From Gemmatimonadales bacterium (GTDB lineage Bacteria > Gemmatimonadota > Gemmatimonadetes > Gemmatimonadales > GWC2-71-9), in NCBI GenBank assembly GCA_038240915.1, contig JBBRGH010000001.1:1-42602 (forward strand): DNA of 42,602 nt, in the 5' to 3' direction. Every line of letters starts with the position of its first letter. The first letter of the stretch is position 1. The notes below the pieces were generated by a model. That model saw only the letters and a list, made by a program, of their open reading frames with translations, was not told the origin of the DNA and did no database searches. Below are positions 19,496-30,082 of the stretch, piece after piece. Made by a program: the position numbers and the translations under genes.

Positions 19496-20880
19496 CCCCA
19501 CCGCATCTCCGCCCGTACGACTCGGTCCTCGGAACCATCGGCTGGACGCCGCTGATCCGGCTCGGCCGAATCGGGGCCGGGCTCACCACCCCGATCTACG
19601 GCAAGGCCGAGTATGTGAATCCGGGCGGGTCGGTGAAGGACCGGATCGGGCTCGCCATCATCGAGGACGCCGAGCGGCGGGGGGAGCTCAAGCCGGGCGG
19701 GACCGTGGTCGAGGGCACCAGCGGCAACACCGGCGTGGGGCTCGCGATCGCGGCCAGCCTCAAGGGCTACCGCTGCATCTTCACGATGCCGGACAAGATG
19801 TCGATGGAGAAGGTGCGGCTGCTCAAGGCCTACGGCGCCGAGGTGGTGGTGACCCCGACCGCCGTGCCGCCGGACCACCCCGACCACTACGTGATGAAGG
19901 CCAAGCAGATCGTGAAGGAGACGCCCAACGCGGTCCTGGCCAACCAGTTCTACAACCAGGTCAACCCGGAAGTGCACTACGCGACCATGGGCCCGGAGAT
20001 CTGGCAGCAGACCGAGGGACGGGTCACCCACCTGGTGGCGGGAGCGGGCACCGGCGGAACCGTGAGCGGCGCCGGCAAGTACCTCAAGGAGCAGAACCCC
20101 CGGATCCGGGTCATCGCGGGCGATCCGATCGGGTCACTGTACACGAACTACCACCGCACCCGAGCGATGGGCGAAGGGCACCCCTATAAGGTGGAGGGGA
20201 TCGGGGGCGACAAGATTCCCACCACCGTCTGGTTCGACTGGGTGGACGAGTTCCGGCAGGTCTCGGACAAGGCGTCGTTCCTGATGGCCCGGCGGCTGGC
20301 CCGGGAGGAAGGCATCCTCGTGGGTGGATCGGCCGGCCTCAATGTGGCCCTGGCGGTGGATCTGGCCCGGGAAGTGGCGGATCCCTCGGCCCTGATCGTC
20401 ACCATCCTGTGCGATACCGGCGAGCGGTACCTGTCCAAGCAGTTCAACGACGCCTGGATGCAGGAAAATCAGATGCTGGACACGCCGCGCTCGACGGTCC
20501 AGGAGCTGCTCGCCCGGCGGCCGGCCAACTCGCCGGCGGTGGTGAGCGTGGCCCCCGCCGCGGCAGTCCGGCAGGCGCTCAACCTGATGAGCACCTGGGG
20601 GGTGAGCCAGATCCCGGTGCTGGAGGACGGGCAGTCGGTGGGCGGGCTGATCGAGGGCACCCTGATGACCCGGGCTCTGGCCCAGCCGGCGCTGCTCGAG
20701 CGGCCGGTCAGCGAGGTGATGGATCCGCCCTTCCCGGAGGTCGAGGCCGGTACCGCCACCGACCGGGTGGGGGCGATGCTCACCCGGGAGAATCCCGCGG
20801 CGCTGGTGCGGAAGGACGGCAAGCTGATCGGTATCGTGAGCCGGTACGACGTGCTTCAGCAACTGATCGGGACGAGGTAA
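19492..20880 (+). CDS. Cystathionine beta-synthase-type PLP enzyme (CysK/CBS fold plus C-terminal CBS-domain pair)
   Basis: ATGA overlap with the upstream gene. PLP-lysine region 'NPGGSVKDRIG', 'GTSGNTGVGLA' and 'GAGTGGTVSG'. The C-terminal 120 aa or so form tandem CBS domains. Confidence 0.9.
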   Translation: MTPPHLRPYDSVLGTIGWTPLIRLGRIGAGLTTPIYGKAEYVNPGGSVKDRIGLAIIEDAERRGELKPGGTVVEGTSGNTGVGLAIAASLKGYRCIFTMPDKMSMEKVRLLKAYGAEVVVTPTAVPPDHPDHYVMKAKQIVKETPNAVLANQFYNQVNPEVHYATMGPEIWQQTEGRVTHLVAGAGTGGTVSGAGKYLKEQNPRIRVIAGDPIGSLYTNYHRTRAMGEGHPYKVEGIGGDKIPTTVWFDWVDEFRQVSDKASFLMARRLAREEGILVGGSAGLNVALAVDLAREVADPSALIVTILCDTGERYLSKQFNDAWMQENQMLDTPRSTVQELLARRPANSPAVVSVAPAAAVRQALNLMSTWGVSQIPVLEDGQSVGGLIEGTLMTRALAQPALLERPVSEVMDPPFPEVEAGTATDRVGAMLTRENPAALVRKDGKLIGIVSRYDVLQQLIGTR

Positions 20881-21903
<1,023 letters not shown>

Positions 21904-21938
21904 CGGTCGCGGGGTCTCAGTCCAGAAGGCGCGGTCCG

Positions 21939-22781
21939 ATGAACCTGTCTCCCTCCAACCGTCTGACCCCGTGGGTGGGTCGTCTCATCATCGCCAACGC
22001 GGTGGTGCTGCTCCTGCTCATGACGGTGTTCACCTCGCCGGCCCTGCAACAGGCGCTCCGGTTCACACCCGGGCGCGCCCTCGAGCAGCCGTGGACGTTC
22101 GTCAGCTACATGTTCGTCCACGTCGGGCTCCTGCACCTGCTCGGCAACATGATCATGCTGTTCGTGTTCGGTCCGCCGGTCGAGGCCCGAATGGGCGGCC
22201 GGGCCTTCCTGCTCTACTATCTCTACTGCGGCATCGGCGCGGCGGTGCTCTCGCTGGCGCTCTCGGGCATCCTGCCGAGCGCGGCGGCCCCGTTCGCCGG
22301 CGCGTCGGGCGCGGTGCTGGGCGTGGGCGTGGCGTTCGCCATGCTGTGGCCTGATGCCGAGCTGTTGGTGTTCCCCCTGCCCACCCCGATCCGGGCGCGG
22401 ACGCTGATCCTGTTCCTGGTCGGGATTGACGTCATCTTCTCACTGATGCTGCCACGCGACGGGATCGCCCATTTGGCCCACGTGGGCGGGGCGGCGTTCG
22501 GCTTTCTCTTCTTTCGGCTGCAGTCGTTCTCGCGCCGCACTCCGCACCCGCCGCCGCGTGCCGTCGAGCGGGTGGTGATGGTGCAGTCGGGCTCGGCCGA
22601 GCCCGAGCGGCGGACGCCGCCGACCCCGCTCCGTCCCCGCCGCCGGGCCGAGGCCGACCCGGTCGCCGCCGAGGTGGACCGGGTGCTCGACAAGATCAGC
22701 GAGCAGGGCATCGCCAGCCTGACCGCCGCCGAGCGGCGCTTTCTTGACGAGGTGTCGAAGCAGAAGAAGCAGGACCATTAG
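21939..22781 (+). CDS. Rhomboid-family intramembrane serine protease
   Basis: Multi-TM protein with 'HLLGNM', the catalytic 'GASGAV' and a downstream 'AHVGG' His. Cytoplasmic C-terminal tail 'ISEQGIASLTAAERRFLDEVS'. Confidence 0.88.
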   Translation: MNLSPSNRLTPWVGRLIIANAVVLLLLMTVFTSPALQQALRFTPGRALEQPWTFVSYMFVHVGLLHLLGNMIMLFVFGPPVEARMGGRAFLLYYLYCGIGAAVLSLALSGILPSAAAPFAGASGAVLGVGVAFAMLWPDAELLVFPLPTPIRARTLILFLVGIDVIFSLMLPRDGIAHLAHVGGAAFGFLFFRLQSFSRRTPHPPPRAVERVVMVQSGSAEPERRTPPTPLRPRRRAEADPVAAEVDRVLDKISEQGIASLTAAERRFLDEVSKQKKQDH

Positions 22782-22835
22782 CCCGCGAGGGAACGCGCCC
22801 GCGTTCCCTCTTGCATCTGTATCCGGCCTTTCGTA

Positions 22836-23789
22836 TTGTCTGCCGTGCTGATCAATCTCCTCCCCGATTTTCTTGCGGTGCTCGGCGCCGGCGACCGGGA
22901 GGCGGCCTATCGGCAGTATCGCGAATCCCACCGACCGATCCTCGACGCCTACTGGCGAAACTACGTTCTCGATCCGGACAGTCCGCACGCCGGAGCGATC
23001 ATCACGGCCGCGCTCCGGGCCGATCGCAGCGACATCCTCACCCTCGCCGACTCCGTCAATCTCGTTCAGCTCGCCGAAGACGCCATTGCCAAAGCCGACG
23101 CGCTGCTCCAGGTCGACCGCCCGACCGACACCTACCTCATGGTCGGGCTCGGCGGTGCCAACGCGGGCGAGCTGGTGGTGGGCGGCCGCGGGATCGCCTT
23201 CGTCTGCCTCGAGCACTTCACCGGCCGGGTCAACCCCGAGACCTACGGGATGGGGCTGCCGCCCGACCTGATCCCGCTCTGGATTGCGCACGAGCTGGCG
23301 CACACCGTCCGCTACACCTCGCCCGCCAGCGGGAGCGACATGCGGCGGCTGGTGGCGGAGGCGGGCGGGTACTACGACTACTGGTCCACCGGCAGCCGGG
23401 CCGCATTGCGGGAGCTGCTGGTGAACGAGGGCCTGGCGGTGCACGCGGCACAAGCCGTGGCCCCCGGCTTCGACGCGGCCGACTATTTTGGCTATCCGCG
23501 CCGCCAGTACCACCGCCTGCGCGAAATGGAAGCCTTCCTGCGGCGCGTGGTCGAGCCGGACCTGGACCAGAGCGGCCTCGGCCTCCGGCTGCGGTACCTG
23601 TCGGGCGGGATGAGCCCCAGCGCGCGGCTGGTGGGCGGCCGGGTGCTGCCCGAGCGCTCGGGCTACTACCTGGGCTACCGGATGAGTGAGGCGCTGGTCG
23701 GAGAACGGGGTCTGGCCGAGGCGCTGCGGGCGCCGGCGGCGGACTTCCAATCGGCAGAGGATGTGGCGCGGGGGATCCAGACGGCCTGA
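22836..23789 (+). CDS. Putative HExxH zinc-metalloprotease-like protein (DUF2268-like)
   Basis: 'WIAHELAHTVRY' HExxH motif. 317 aa. TTG start at 22836, or GTG at 22845. The family assignment is from memory only. Confidence 0.55.
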   Translation: MSAVLINLLPDFLAVLGAGDREAAYRQYRESHRPILDAYWRNYVLDPDSPHAGAIITAALRADRSDILTLADSVNLVQLAEDAIAKADALLQVDRPTDTYLMVGLGGANAGELVVGGRGIAFVCLEHFTGRVNPETYGMGLPPDLIPLWIAHELAHTVRYTSPASGSDMRRLVAEAGGYYDYWSTGSRAALRELLVNEGLAVHAAQAVAPGFDAADYFGYPRRQYHRLREMEAFLRRVVEPDLDQSGLGLRLRYLSGGMSPSARLVGGRVLPERSGYYLGYRMSEALVGERGLAEALRAPAADFQSAEDVARGIQTA

Positions 23790-23793
23790 GGGC

Positions 23794-25158
23794 CTACTTC
23801 CCGACACAGAAGCTGGCGAACACCCGATCGAGCACTTCCTCCACATCCACCGCCCCGACCAACTCGTCGAGGGCGGTCGTCGCCTGGCGGACGTGGTGCG
23901 CCGCCAGCACCGCATCGGCGATGGCGATCGCGCCCGCGGTCGCGGCCGGACCCCCGCCCATCTGCTCCAGGGCTCCGGCCAGCGCCGCGCGGGCACGGAC
24001 CAGCGCGGTCCGGTGCCGTTCGCGGGTCAGGGCGGGCTCGAGGTCTGCCAGCGTGATCCGGCCGGCGAAGATCCGCTCCGCCACTGCCTGCCGCAGCCGG
24101 TCGAGGCCCTCGCCGGTCACGGCCGAGACACCGATGTCGTCGCCCGCTGCCATCACTGCCTCCCCCAGATCACACTTGGTCCGCACCAGCAGCACCGGAT
24201 GCGCCTCGGCGATCGCGCGCTCGTCCGGGCCGGGCATCCTCCCGCTTTCCACGCAGAGCAGCACCAGGTCGGCCGAGGCGAGATAGCGCCGGCTCATCTC
24301 GACGCCGAGGCGGTCGATCCGCTCGGGCGCCTCCCAGAGCCCCGCCGTGTCCACCAGCCGGACCGGCCAGCCGAGAAAGTCGGTGTGGGCCTCGACCGCG
24401 TCGCGGGTGGTGCCGGGCAGTTCGGTCACCAGAGCCCGGTCGCGGCCGAGGAGGGCATTGAAGAGGGATGACTTGCCGGCGTTGGGGCGGCCGGCCAGCA
24501 CCAGCAGAGCGCCCTCGCGGAGCCGCTCGGCGGCCGGCGCGGTGGCGAGCAGCCGTTCGATCCTTCCGGCCACATCGCCCAGCTGGGTGGCGATCCGCTC
24601 CGGCGGGATCGGGCCGTCGTCCTCCCCCGGGAAATCGATCTCGTAGGCCAGCAGGCCTTCGGCCTCGACCAGCGCGGCGCGGAGCTGGACCAGGCGGCGG
24701 GAGAGACCGCCGTCGAGCTGGCCGAGCGCGGCGCGGGCCTGGGCGGGCGCGATGGCGTCGATCAGGTCGCCGACGGCCTCGGCCTGCACCAGGTCGAGCT
24801 TGCCATTGAGCACCGCGCGGCGGGTGAACTCGCCGGGAGCGGCCTGGCGGGCGCCGGCGGCCTGGAGGGCGGCGAGCAGGCGGGCGGGCGCGAGGAGACC
24901 TCCATGACAGGAAAACTCGACGAGGTCCTCGCCCGTATAGCTGTGCGGCCCCACGAAGACGGTGTAGAGGCCCCGGTCGATCGGCTGGCCGCCGGCGTCC
25001 CGGAAGGTGGCGAGCGTGGCAGTGCGCGGCGCCGCCGCATCGAACCCGGCCACCACCCGGGCGGCGATCTCGAGCGCACCGTCTCCACTCAGGCGAATCA
25101 CCGCCAGGGCCGAGCGCCCGGCCGGTGTGGCCAGGGCCATGATGGGATCGGACAGCAT
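23794..25158 (-). CDS. mnmE: tRNA modification GTPase MnmE (TrmE)
   Basis: 'IMALATPAGRSALAVIRLSG', G1 'GRPNAGKSSL', 'PGTTRD', 'DTAG' and the hallmark C-terminal 'CVGK'. ATG 25158 is preferred over the upstream ATG 25224. Confidence 0.92.
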   Translation of the reverse strand: MLSDPIMALATPAGRSALAVIRLSGDGALEIAARVVAGFDAAAPRTATLATFRDAGGQPIDRGLYTVFVGPHSYTGEDLVEFSCHGGLLAPARLLAALQAAGARQAAPGEFTRRAVLNGKLDLVQAEAVGDLIDAIAPAQARAALGQLDGGLSRRLVQLRAALVEAEGLLAYEIDFPGEDDGPIPPERIATQLGDVAGRIERLLATAPAAERLREGALLVLAGRPNAGKSSLFNALLGRDRALVTELPGTTRDAVEAHTDFLGWPVRLVDTAGLWEAPERIDRLGVEMSRRYLASADLVLLCVESGRMPGPDERAIAEAHPVLLVRTKCDLGEAVMAAGDDIGVSAVTGEGLDRLRQAVAERIFAGRITLADLEPALTRERHRTALVRARAALAGALEQMGGGPAATAGAIAIADAVLAAHHVRQATTALDELVGAVDVEEVLDRVFASFCVGK

Positions 25159-25269
25159 CCGGGAAAGGTACTGCGCCGCGACCCTGCCGCGCGCCGGCGC
25201 ATCTTTGGCGTGTTTGCCGCGCATCCCTCGCCACGCTTGGTGCTTCGACCTCGCTCCGGGGAGATATCC

Positions 25270-25769
25270 ATGATGGCATTGAGCTCGATGGTGGCGCTGG
25301 CGGCGGTTCTCGCTGCCCCCGCCGGGTCAACGCGCGAAGGCCCGGACTCGACCGAGGTGACGCTGGAACTGGTGGATGGCGGGCGCGCGGTAATCCAGGC
25401 ATGGCTCGACGGGAAAGGGCCGTACCGGCTCGCGGTCGAGACCGGGTCGCCCGAGGTGATCCTGTCGGCCTCGCTGGTGAGCGCCCTGGCGCTGCCGCCA
25501 GCCGGCTGACACGGCTGCAGGTGGTGGGCCGGGCCATCGTGGGGGGCGGGGCGCCGGTGGTCGTCAAGGCCGCGGCCCTGGCAGGCGATCTCAGGCTGGG
25601 GCGGCACGTCTTCCGCCATCCGCGGATCGCGGTCCACCCGCTGCCGCCGGACATCCCATCGCCGATGACGATCGGGCTCGAGGCCCTACGGCATTTCAGC
25701 CTGACGATCGACCAGCGCTCGATGCGGATCCGGTTCACCCGCGCCGACACCACCGCGATCACCGACTAG
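25270..25769 (+). pseudogene. Retropepsin-like (clan AA) aspartyl-protease-family protein, frameshifted
   Basis: Frame 1 (25270-25509) gives a signal peptide and 'AWLDGKGPYRLAVETGSPEVILS' (ETG in place of DTG), then TGA. The family continues in another frame: 'RLQVVG...GDLRLG...IGLEALRHFSLTIDQRSMRIRF' to TAG at 25767-25769. A 1-nt indel near 25495-25515 is implied. Confidence 0.6.
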
Positions 25770-25791
25770 CCCGCGGCGGGCGCCGCGGGGC

Positions 25792-27522
25792 TCAGGCTTT
25801 CTTCTTGGTCTTGCCGCTCCCCGCCCCGCTCGCGGCCGGCTTGGTGCCCACCACCGGTGCCGCGTGCTTGCGGAGCCGCTCCCGGGCCAGCAGCCACTGC
25901 TGCGGAATGCTGGCCAGGTTGCTCACCGCGTAGTACAGGTTGAGACCCGAGGCGAAGTTGAGGAACAAGAACGTCATCATGACCGGCATGATGTACAGCA
26001 TCATCTTCATCTGCGGATTCGGCTCCATCCCGACCTGGCCCACCTTGCTGAGGCCCCACATCGAGGCGCCCATGAGGACCGGGATGATGTAGAGCGGATC
26101 GGGCCGGGAGAGGTCCGGCAGCCACAGGAACGCGGCCCCGCGCAGCTCGATCGTGTTCTGGAACACGAAGAAGAGCGCGAACAGCACCGGCATGGGCAGC
26201 AGCATCGGCCAGCAGCCGCCCAGCGGATTGACGTTGTACTCCTTGTACAGCTTGAACATCTCCTGCTGCATCTTCTGCGGATCGTTCTTGTGCCGGTCCT
26301 GGATCTCCTTCATCAGCGGCTGGACCGCCTGCAGCTGCATGTTGGCCCGCATCGCCTTCTGGTTGAGCGGCCAGAGAAGGACCCGGACCATGATGCCGAA
26401 GCTGACCAGCACCAGGCCGTAGGCCAGGTGCAGGTGCTGGTGCATCCAGACCAGCAGCCAGCGCACGCCGACCGCGACCGGCCGGATGATGGTCCGGAAG
26501 CCGGGCCAGCCGTACGGGTTGACGTCGTCGAAGCCACGGCCGAGCCGGCCGAGCCGATCGTACTCCATGGGGCCGGCATAGGCGGTGTAGCTGAACTCGC
26601 CGCCGGGGGGCAGCGGGACACTGAGGCTGACGTCGGCCTCGGTCGGGCTCTTCTCGGTGGTGGGCCGGCCGGTTAGCGCAGCCCCGCCGATCCGGCCGCC
26701 GGTGCTGTCGTAGGCCAGGATGCCGGTGACGAAGTACTTCGACTTCATCGCCACCCAGTCGAGCGGGCCGCTCACGGTGCGGGTCTCGCCCGGCTTGAGG
26801 CTGGCGAGGTCGATCCGCTCGGCGTCGTCGCGCCGGGTCACCACCGCGAGAGCCCGGTGGTTCTCGACGATGTTCGCCTCGGTGTTGGCCAGGGTGGGTC
26901 CCATGCCGACCAGGAGGGTCCCGCCGTTGGGCCCGACCCCGGTGACCCGGCCGCTGACCTCGATCCGGTAGTCGTCGGGCACAAAGCGATAACTCAACTC
27001 GACCGCCACCGGGCCCCGGGCAGCGGTCAGCCGGAGCGGCTGGCCGGCCGCGGCATCGAGCGAGTCGGCCGAGGCGGCGAAGGTCCACTGGTCGAGCGGC
27101 AGGGTGTCACGGCCGAGCACCAGGACCAGGCCGAGGAGCCGGCTGTCGCGCGGCAGAAGCTCCGCCGTCCCGCCGCTATCGGCCGGGGACATCGAGCGGT
27201 AGTGGGTCAGGCGGGCCTCGACCAGGCGGCCGCCAGCCGTGCTGATGCCGTAGGTGTAGATCGGCGAGATGACCCGGACTACGCGGGCCGGGGCGGCGGC
27301 GCCGCTGTCGGCCTGGGGCCGGAGGCTGTCGACCGGCGCGGTGGCGGCCGAGACGGCGGGCGCCGTGGTGGCCGAGGTCGCCGCCGGCCCGGCGGCCGGG
27401 CCCGCGGCGACGCTGTCGGTTCCCGCAGCGGGGGTGGGCCGGGGTGGACGCTTGATGAAGATCGCGGGCGTGATGGCGATGACCATCATGAGGAGAATCG
27501 CCCAGACGGTACGGCGGTCCAT
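25792..27522 (-). CDS. yidC: Membrane protein insertase YidC
   Basis: N-terminal TM, a large periplasmic domain and a conserved C-terminal core: 'MQLQAVQPLMKEIQDRHKNDPQKMQQEMFKLYKEYNVNPLGGCWPMLLPMPVLFALF'. Confidence 0.93.
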   Translation of the reverse strand: MDRRTVWAILLMMVIAITPAIFIKRPPRPTPAAGTDSVAAGPAAGPAATSATTAPAVSAATAPVDSLRPQADSGAAAPARVVRVISPIYTYGISTAGGRLVEARLTHYRSMSPADSGGTAELLPRDSRLLGLVLVLGRDTLPLDQWTFAASADSLDAAAGQPLRLTAARGPVAVELSYRFVPDDYRIEVSGRVTGVGPNGGTLLVGMGPTLANTEANIVENHRALAVVTRRDDAERIDLASLKPGETRTVSGPLDWVAMKSKYFVTGILAYDSTGGRIGGAALTGRPTTEKSPTEADVSLSVPLPPGGEFSYTAYAGPMEYDRLGRLGRGFDDVNPYGWPGFRTIIRPVAVGVRWLLVWMHQHLHLAYGLVLVSFGIMVRVLLWPLNQKAMRANMQLQAVQPLMKEIQDRHKNDPQKMQQEMFKLYKEYNVNPLGGCWPMLLPMPVLFALFFVFQNTIELRGAAFLWLPDLSRPDPLYIIPVLMGASMWGLSKVGQVGMEPNPQMKMMLYIMPVMMTFLFLNFASGLNLYYAVSNLASIPQQWLLARERLRKHAAPVVGTKPAASGAGSGKTKKKA

Positions 27523-27540
27523 GAGCTCAGATCACACTGG

Positions 27541-27771
27541 TCAGGGGACGGGGTCGAACCCGCCCGGATGGAACGGATGGCAGCGGGCGAGCCGGCGCAG
27601 GGCCAGCCAGCCGCCCCGAAGGGCGCCGTGGCGGGTGACCGCCTCGAGCGCGTACTGGGAGCAGGACGGATGAAAGCGGCAGCTCGGCGGCAAGGCGGGC
27701 GAAACGAAGCGCTGGTACCCGCGGATGAGCGTGGCGACGAGACGACGGGGGACGCGGGCCAGACCGGGCAC
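27541..27771 (-). CDS. yidD: Membrane protein insertion efficiency factor YidD
   Basis: '[49 protein letters not shown]' is the YidD signature. GTG start. Confidence 0.9.
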   Translation of the reverse strand: MPGLARVPRRLVATLIRGYQRFVSPALPPSCRFHPSCSQYALEAVTRHGALRGGWLALRRLARCHPFHPGGFDPVP

Positions 27772-27774
27772 CGG

Positions 27775-28128
27775 TCACCCCGCCCTCAACACCGTGCGCC
27801 GCCAGGCGAGCAGCTCGGTCCGCAGGGCGTCGAACGAGGCGCCGTAGGCTTCGCGGCGCGCCTTGATCAGGAGGTCCCACGCGGGCTGGGCGGGCTGCAG
27901 CTCGAGCCGCCAGATCTCGCGCAGGCGGCGGCGGATACGGTTGCGGGCCACCGCGGTCGACTGAAACTTCGGAACGATCAGTCCCATCCGCGGGTGGCCC
28001 GTCGTGTTGTCCATCCAGATCATGTCCAGATGCTCAAAGCGGCGGCGCCGTCCCTGGGTGAGGCACCGCCGAATGTCCGACGCGCGCGCGAGCCGGTGGG
28101 CCCGCGGGAGGCGCGCCGAGGGCGTCAG
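27775..28128 (-). CDS. rnpA: Ribonuclease P protein component
   Basis: '[16 protein letters not shown]', '[23 protein letters not shown]' (RNR motif). The start is uncertain. No ATG/GTG/TTG is available between the rpmH stop and the conserved N-terminus. A CTG at 28128 overlaps the rpmH stop (CTGA). Confidence 0.75.
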   Translation of the reverse strand: MTPSARLPRAHRLARASDIRRCLTQGRRRRFEHLDMIWMDNTTGHPRMGLIVPKFQSTAVARNRIRRRLREIWRLELQPAQPAWDLLIKARREAYGASFDALRTELLAWRRTVLRAG

Positions 28129-28286
28129 GAGCCCCCGTGCTTCGACGGCAGCGAGACCGTGAGCGACTTGCGGCCCTTCTTGCGGCGGCGGGATAGAACT
28201 GCCCGTCCCCAGCGCGTGGCCATGCGAGCGCGGAAGCCGTGCTTGTTGATCCGGCGCTTGTTGCGCGGCCGATACGACGGTTTCAT
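28125..28286 (-). CDS. rpmH: 50S ribosomal protein L34
   Basis: '[42 protein letters not shown]' is the canonical L34 sequence, here with a 9-aa C-terminal extension. Confidence 0.93.
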   Translation of the reverse strand: MKPSYRPRNKRRINKHGFRARMATRWGRAVLSRRRKKGRKSLTVSLPSKHGGS

Positions 28287-28351
28287 GCGGGCGTTCCTCC
28301 AAAGTGAGCCCGGGAAGCTAGTTAGGAAGCGGGGGTTGGTCAAGCGGACGG

Positions 28352-28360
28352 GGCCGGGGC
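28352..28360. repeat. Target-site duplication, left copy (GGCCGGGGC)
   Basis: A 9-bp sequence immediately outside the left inverted repeat. It is identical to 33228-33236, immediately outside the right inverted repeat. Confidence 0.75.
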
Positions 28361-28380
28361 GGTAGTGTCCGGTTATGACT
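28361..28380. repeat. Left terminal inverted repeat GGTAGTGTCCGGTTATGACT
   Basis: Perfect 20/20 reverse complement of 33208-33227. It begins GG-nnn-TG, as IS1-family ends do. Confidence 0.85.
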
Positions 28381-28399
28381 GTAACGGATTTCCGGGGGC

Positions 28400-30055
28400 C
28401 TAGTCGGCGGGGGCGTCCTTGTCGAACAGGCCCCGGATCGGCTCCGCTACCTTCTTGGCCTTGGGTGCCTGCTTGTAAGTCCGGTTGACCCCTGACGTCT
28501 GTGGGTAGTCGATCCGTTTCCCCTCTAGCAGCTCGCCCACTGTCAGAAGCTGAATCCGGGGGTGCTTTCCCCATGGTGACTCATACAACCCCGCGCTGGC
28601 CGCTTCCTGCCGCATAGGTTTAGTGGGCTCCTCGAAGCTCAGAAGCACGCCCATTTCGGCCTTCTCCCGCTGCATCACCCCACCGAGCGAATGCACTTGA
28701 TCCCGCCCGACGTGGCCCGCCTTCACTGAGAGGATGATTTGGTGTGTTTTGCCCCCGGCGGTGCCGTCGTGGAAGTAGAGTCGGCCGTCAATGCCCTTGT
28801 CTGCCCCCTTCTTCTGTTCGGCTGGGCGAGCGCCGACAAGCCCCAGCGCCCACCACTGGAATTGGTAGGGATCGGATGCGGCCAGCACCTCGGCGTCCTC
28901 GACCGTCGTGGGTTCACCGACCACCTGGTAGTTCACGTTGGCCCCGTATGTGTCCCGGAGTCTCGTCTTGATGAGGGCGATTGCGAGATGCGTAACGTCA
29001 ATTCCAATCCATCGGCGGCCGAGTTTCTGAGCGGCGGCAACCGTCGTCCCGCATCCGCAGAACGGGTCCAGCACCGTTGCTCCCTCAGCACTGCTCACCT
29101 TGATGATCCGCTCTAGAAGTGCCTCGGGTTTCTGTGTGGGGTAGCCAAGCCGCTCGGCCGCCTGCGAGTTCAGGGGTGGGATTGTATCCCAAATATCTTG
29201 GAGTGCGGCCCCCTTGGCCTCCTCGGCGTAGACCTTCAACCGAGGCATGCCCCCCTTGTTGGCTGGCCAGTAAATCCGCCCCTCCTTCTCCAGGTCGTCG
29301 AGCTTCCCCACCCCGTACTTCCAGTGTCCCCCCTTGGCCGTAATGTCTATTCCGCGCCACGGCTTACCAGATTCGCCGTGTCGCGTTCCGAGGGCATGGA
29401 GCGTGATGGGATAAAACTTTCTCCCGCCGGGCTCTACATAGGTATACCGCTCCGCAATGTATTCCTCATCGCGCTCAAACTGCGCGTTCCAGGTGTAGTC
29501 CTCGGACTTTGAGTAGAACAGGATGGTGTCGTGTAGGGGGCCGTACTTGGATGAAGAGTTGTGCGCACCAGAGCGTTTCCATATCACCTCGCTCCGGAAT
29601 TGCTCGGGTCCGAACACCGCGTCAAGCAACATTTTCAGATAGTGGCTGGCCGTCGGGTCGCAGTGGAGATACAGCGACCCGGACGACTTTAGCACCCGGC
29701 GCAGCTCGACGAGACGGGGGGCCATCATGGCCAAATACGCCAGCATGTCATTGTCGCCAAGGAACGTGCGGAATGCGAGCATTGCCTGCGCGACCTTGCC
29801 GCCAGCTTCCACCGCCTCCTGGTAGGCCGCCGCCGCCGCCTCGTCCCACTCCCAGGTGTCCTCGAATGCTCGAATCTGCGCCGCCGCCCGCGTGCCGTCC
29901 TTCTCAGCGAACAGCACGTTGTAGTTCTGATTTGAGTTGAACGGCGGGTCTAGGTAAACGAGGTCTACCGACTCGTCCGGGACGTGCCGGCGGAGCACGT
30001 CGAGATTGTCGCCGTAGTAGAGCAGGTTGTCTGTAGGGGGCATGTCGGGGAGCAT
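28400..30055 (-). CDS. Beta-class N6-adenine/N4-cytosine DNA methyltransferase fused to a C-terminal Mrr-like PD-(D/E)xK domain
   Basis: Motif IV '[17 protein letters not shown]' precedes motif I '[26 protein letters not shown]' (beta permutation). The C-terminal '[10 protein letters not shown]...IILSVKAG...QVHSLGGVM...[11 protein letters not shown]' resembles the Mrr_cat fold. ATG 30055 was chosen as the start; alternatives are TTG 30079 and ATG 30043. Confidence 0.87.
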   Translation of the reverse strand: MLPDMPPTDNLLYYGDNLDVLRRHVPDESVDLVYLDPPFNSNQNYNVLFAEKDGTRAAAQIRAFEDTWEWDEAAAAAYQEAVEAGGKVAQAMLAFRTFLGDNDMLAYLAMMAPRLVELRRVLKSSGSLYLHCDPTASHYLKMLLDAVFGPEQFRSEVIWKRSGAHNSSSKYGPLHDTILFYSKSEDYTWNAQFERDEEYIAERYTYVEPGGRKFYPITLHALGTRHGESGKPWRGIDITAKGGHWKYGVGKLDDLEKEGRIYWPANKGGMPRLKVYAEEAKGAALQDIWDTIPPLNSQAAERLGYPTQKPEALLERIIKVSSAEGATVLDPFCGCGTTVAAAQKLGRRWIGIDVTHLAIALIKTRLRDTYGANVNYQVVGEPTTVEDAEVLAASDPYQFQWWALGLVGARPAEQKKGADKGIDGRLYFHDGTAGGKTHQIILSVKAGHVGRDQVHSLGGVMQREKAEMGVLLSFEEPTKPMRQEAASAGLYESPWGKHPRIQLLTVGELLEGKRIDYPQTSGVNRTYKQAPKAKKVAEPIRGLFDKDAPAD

Positions 30056-30082
30056 ACCAAGGCCGCCGCCGCGCCTCAAGCG

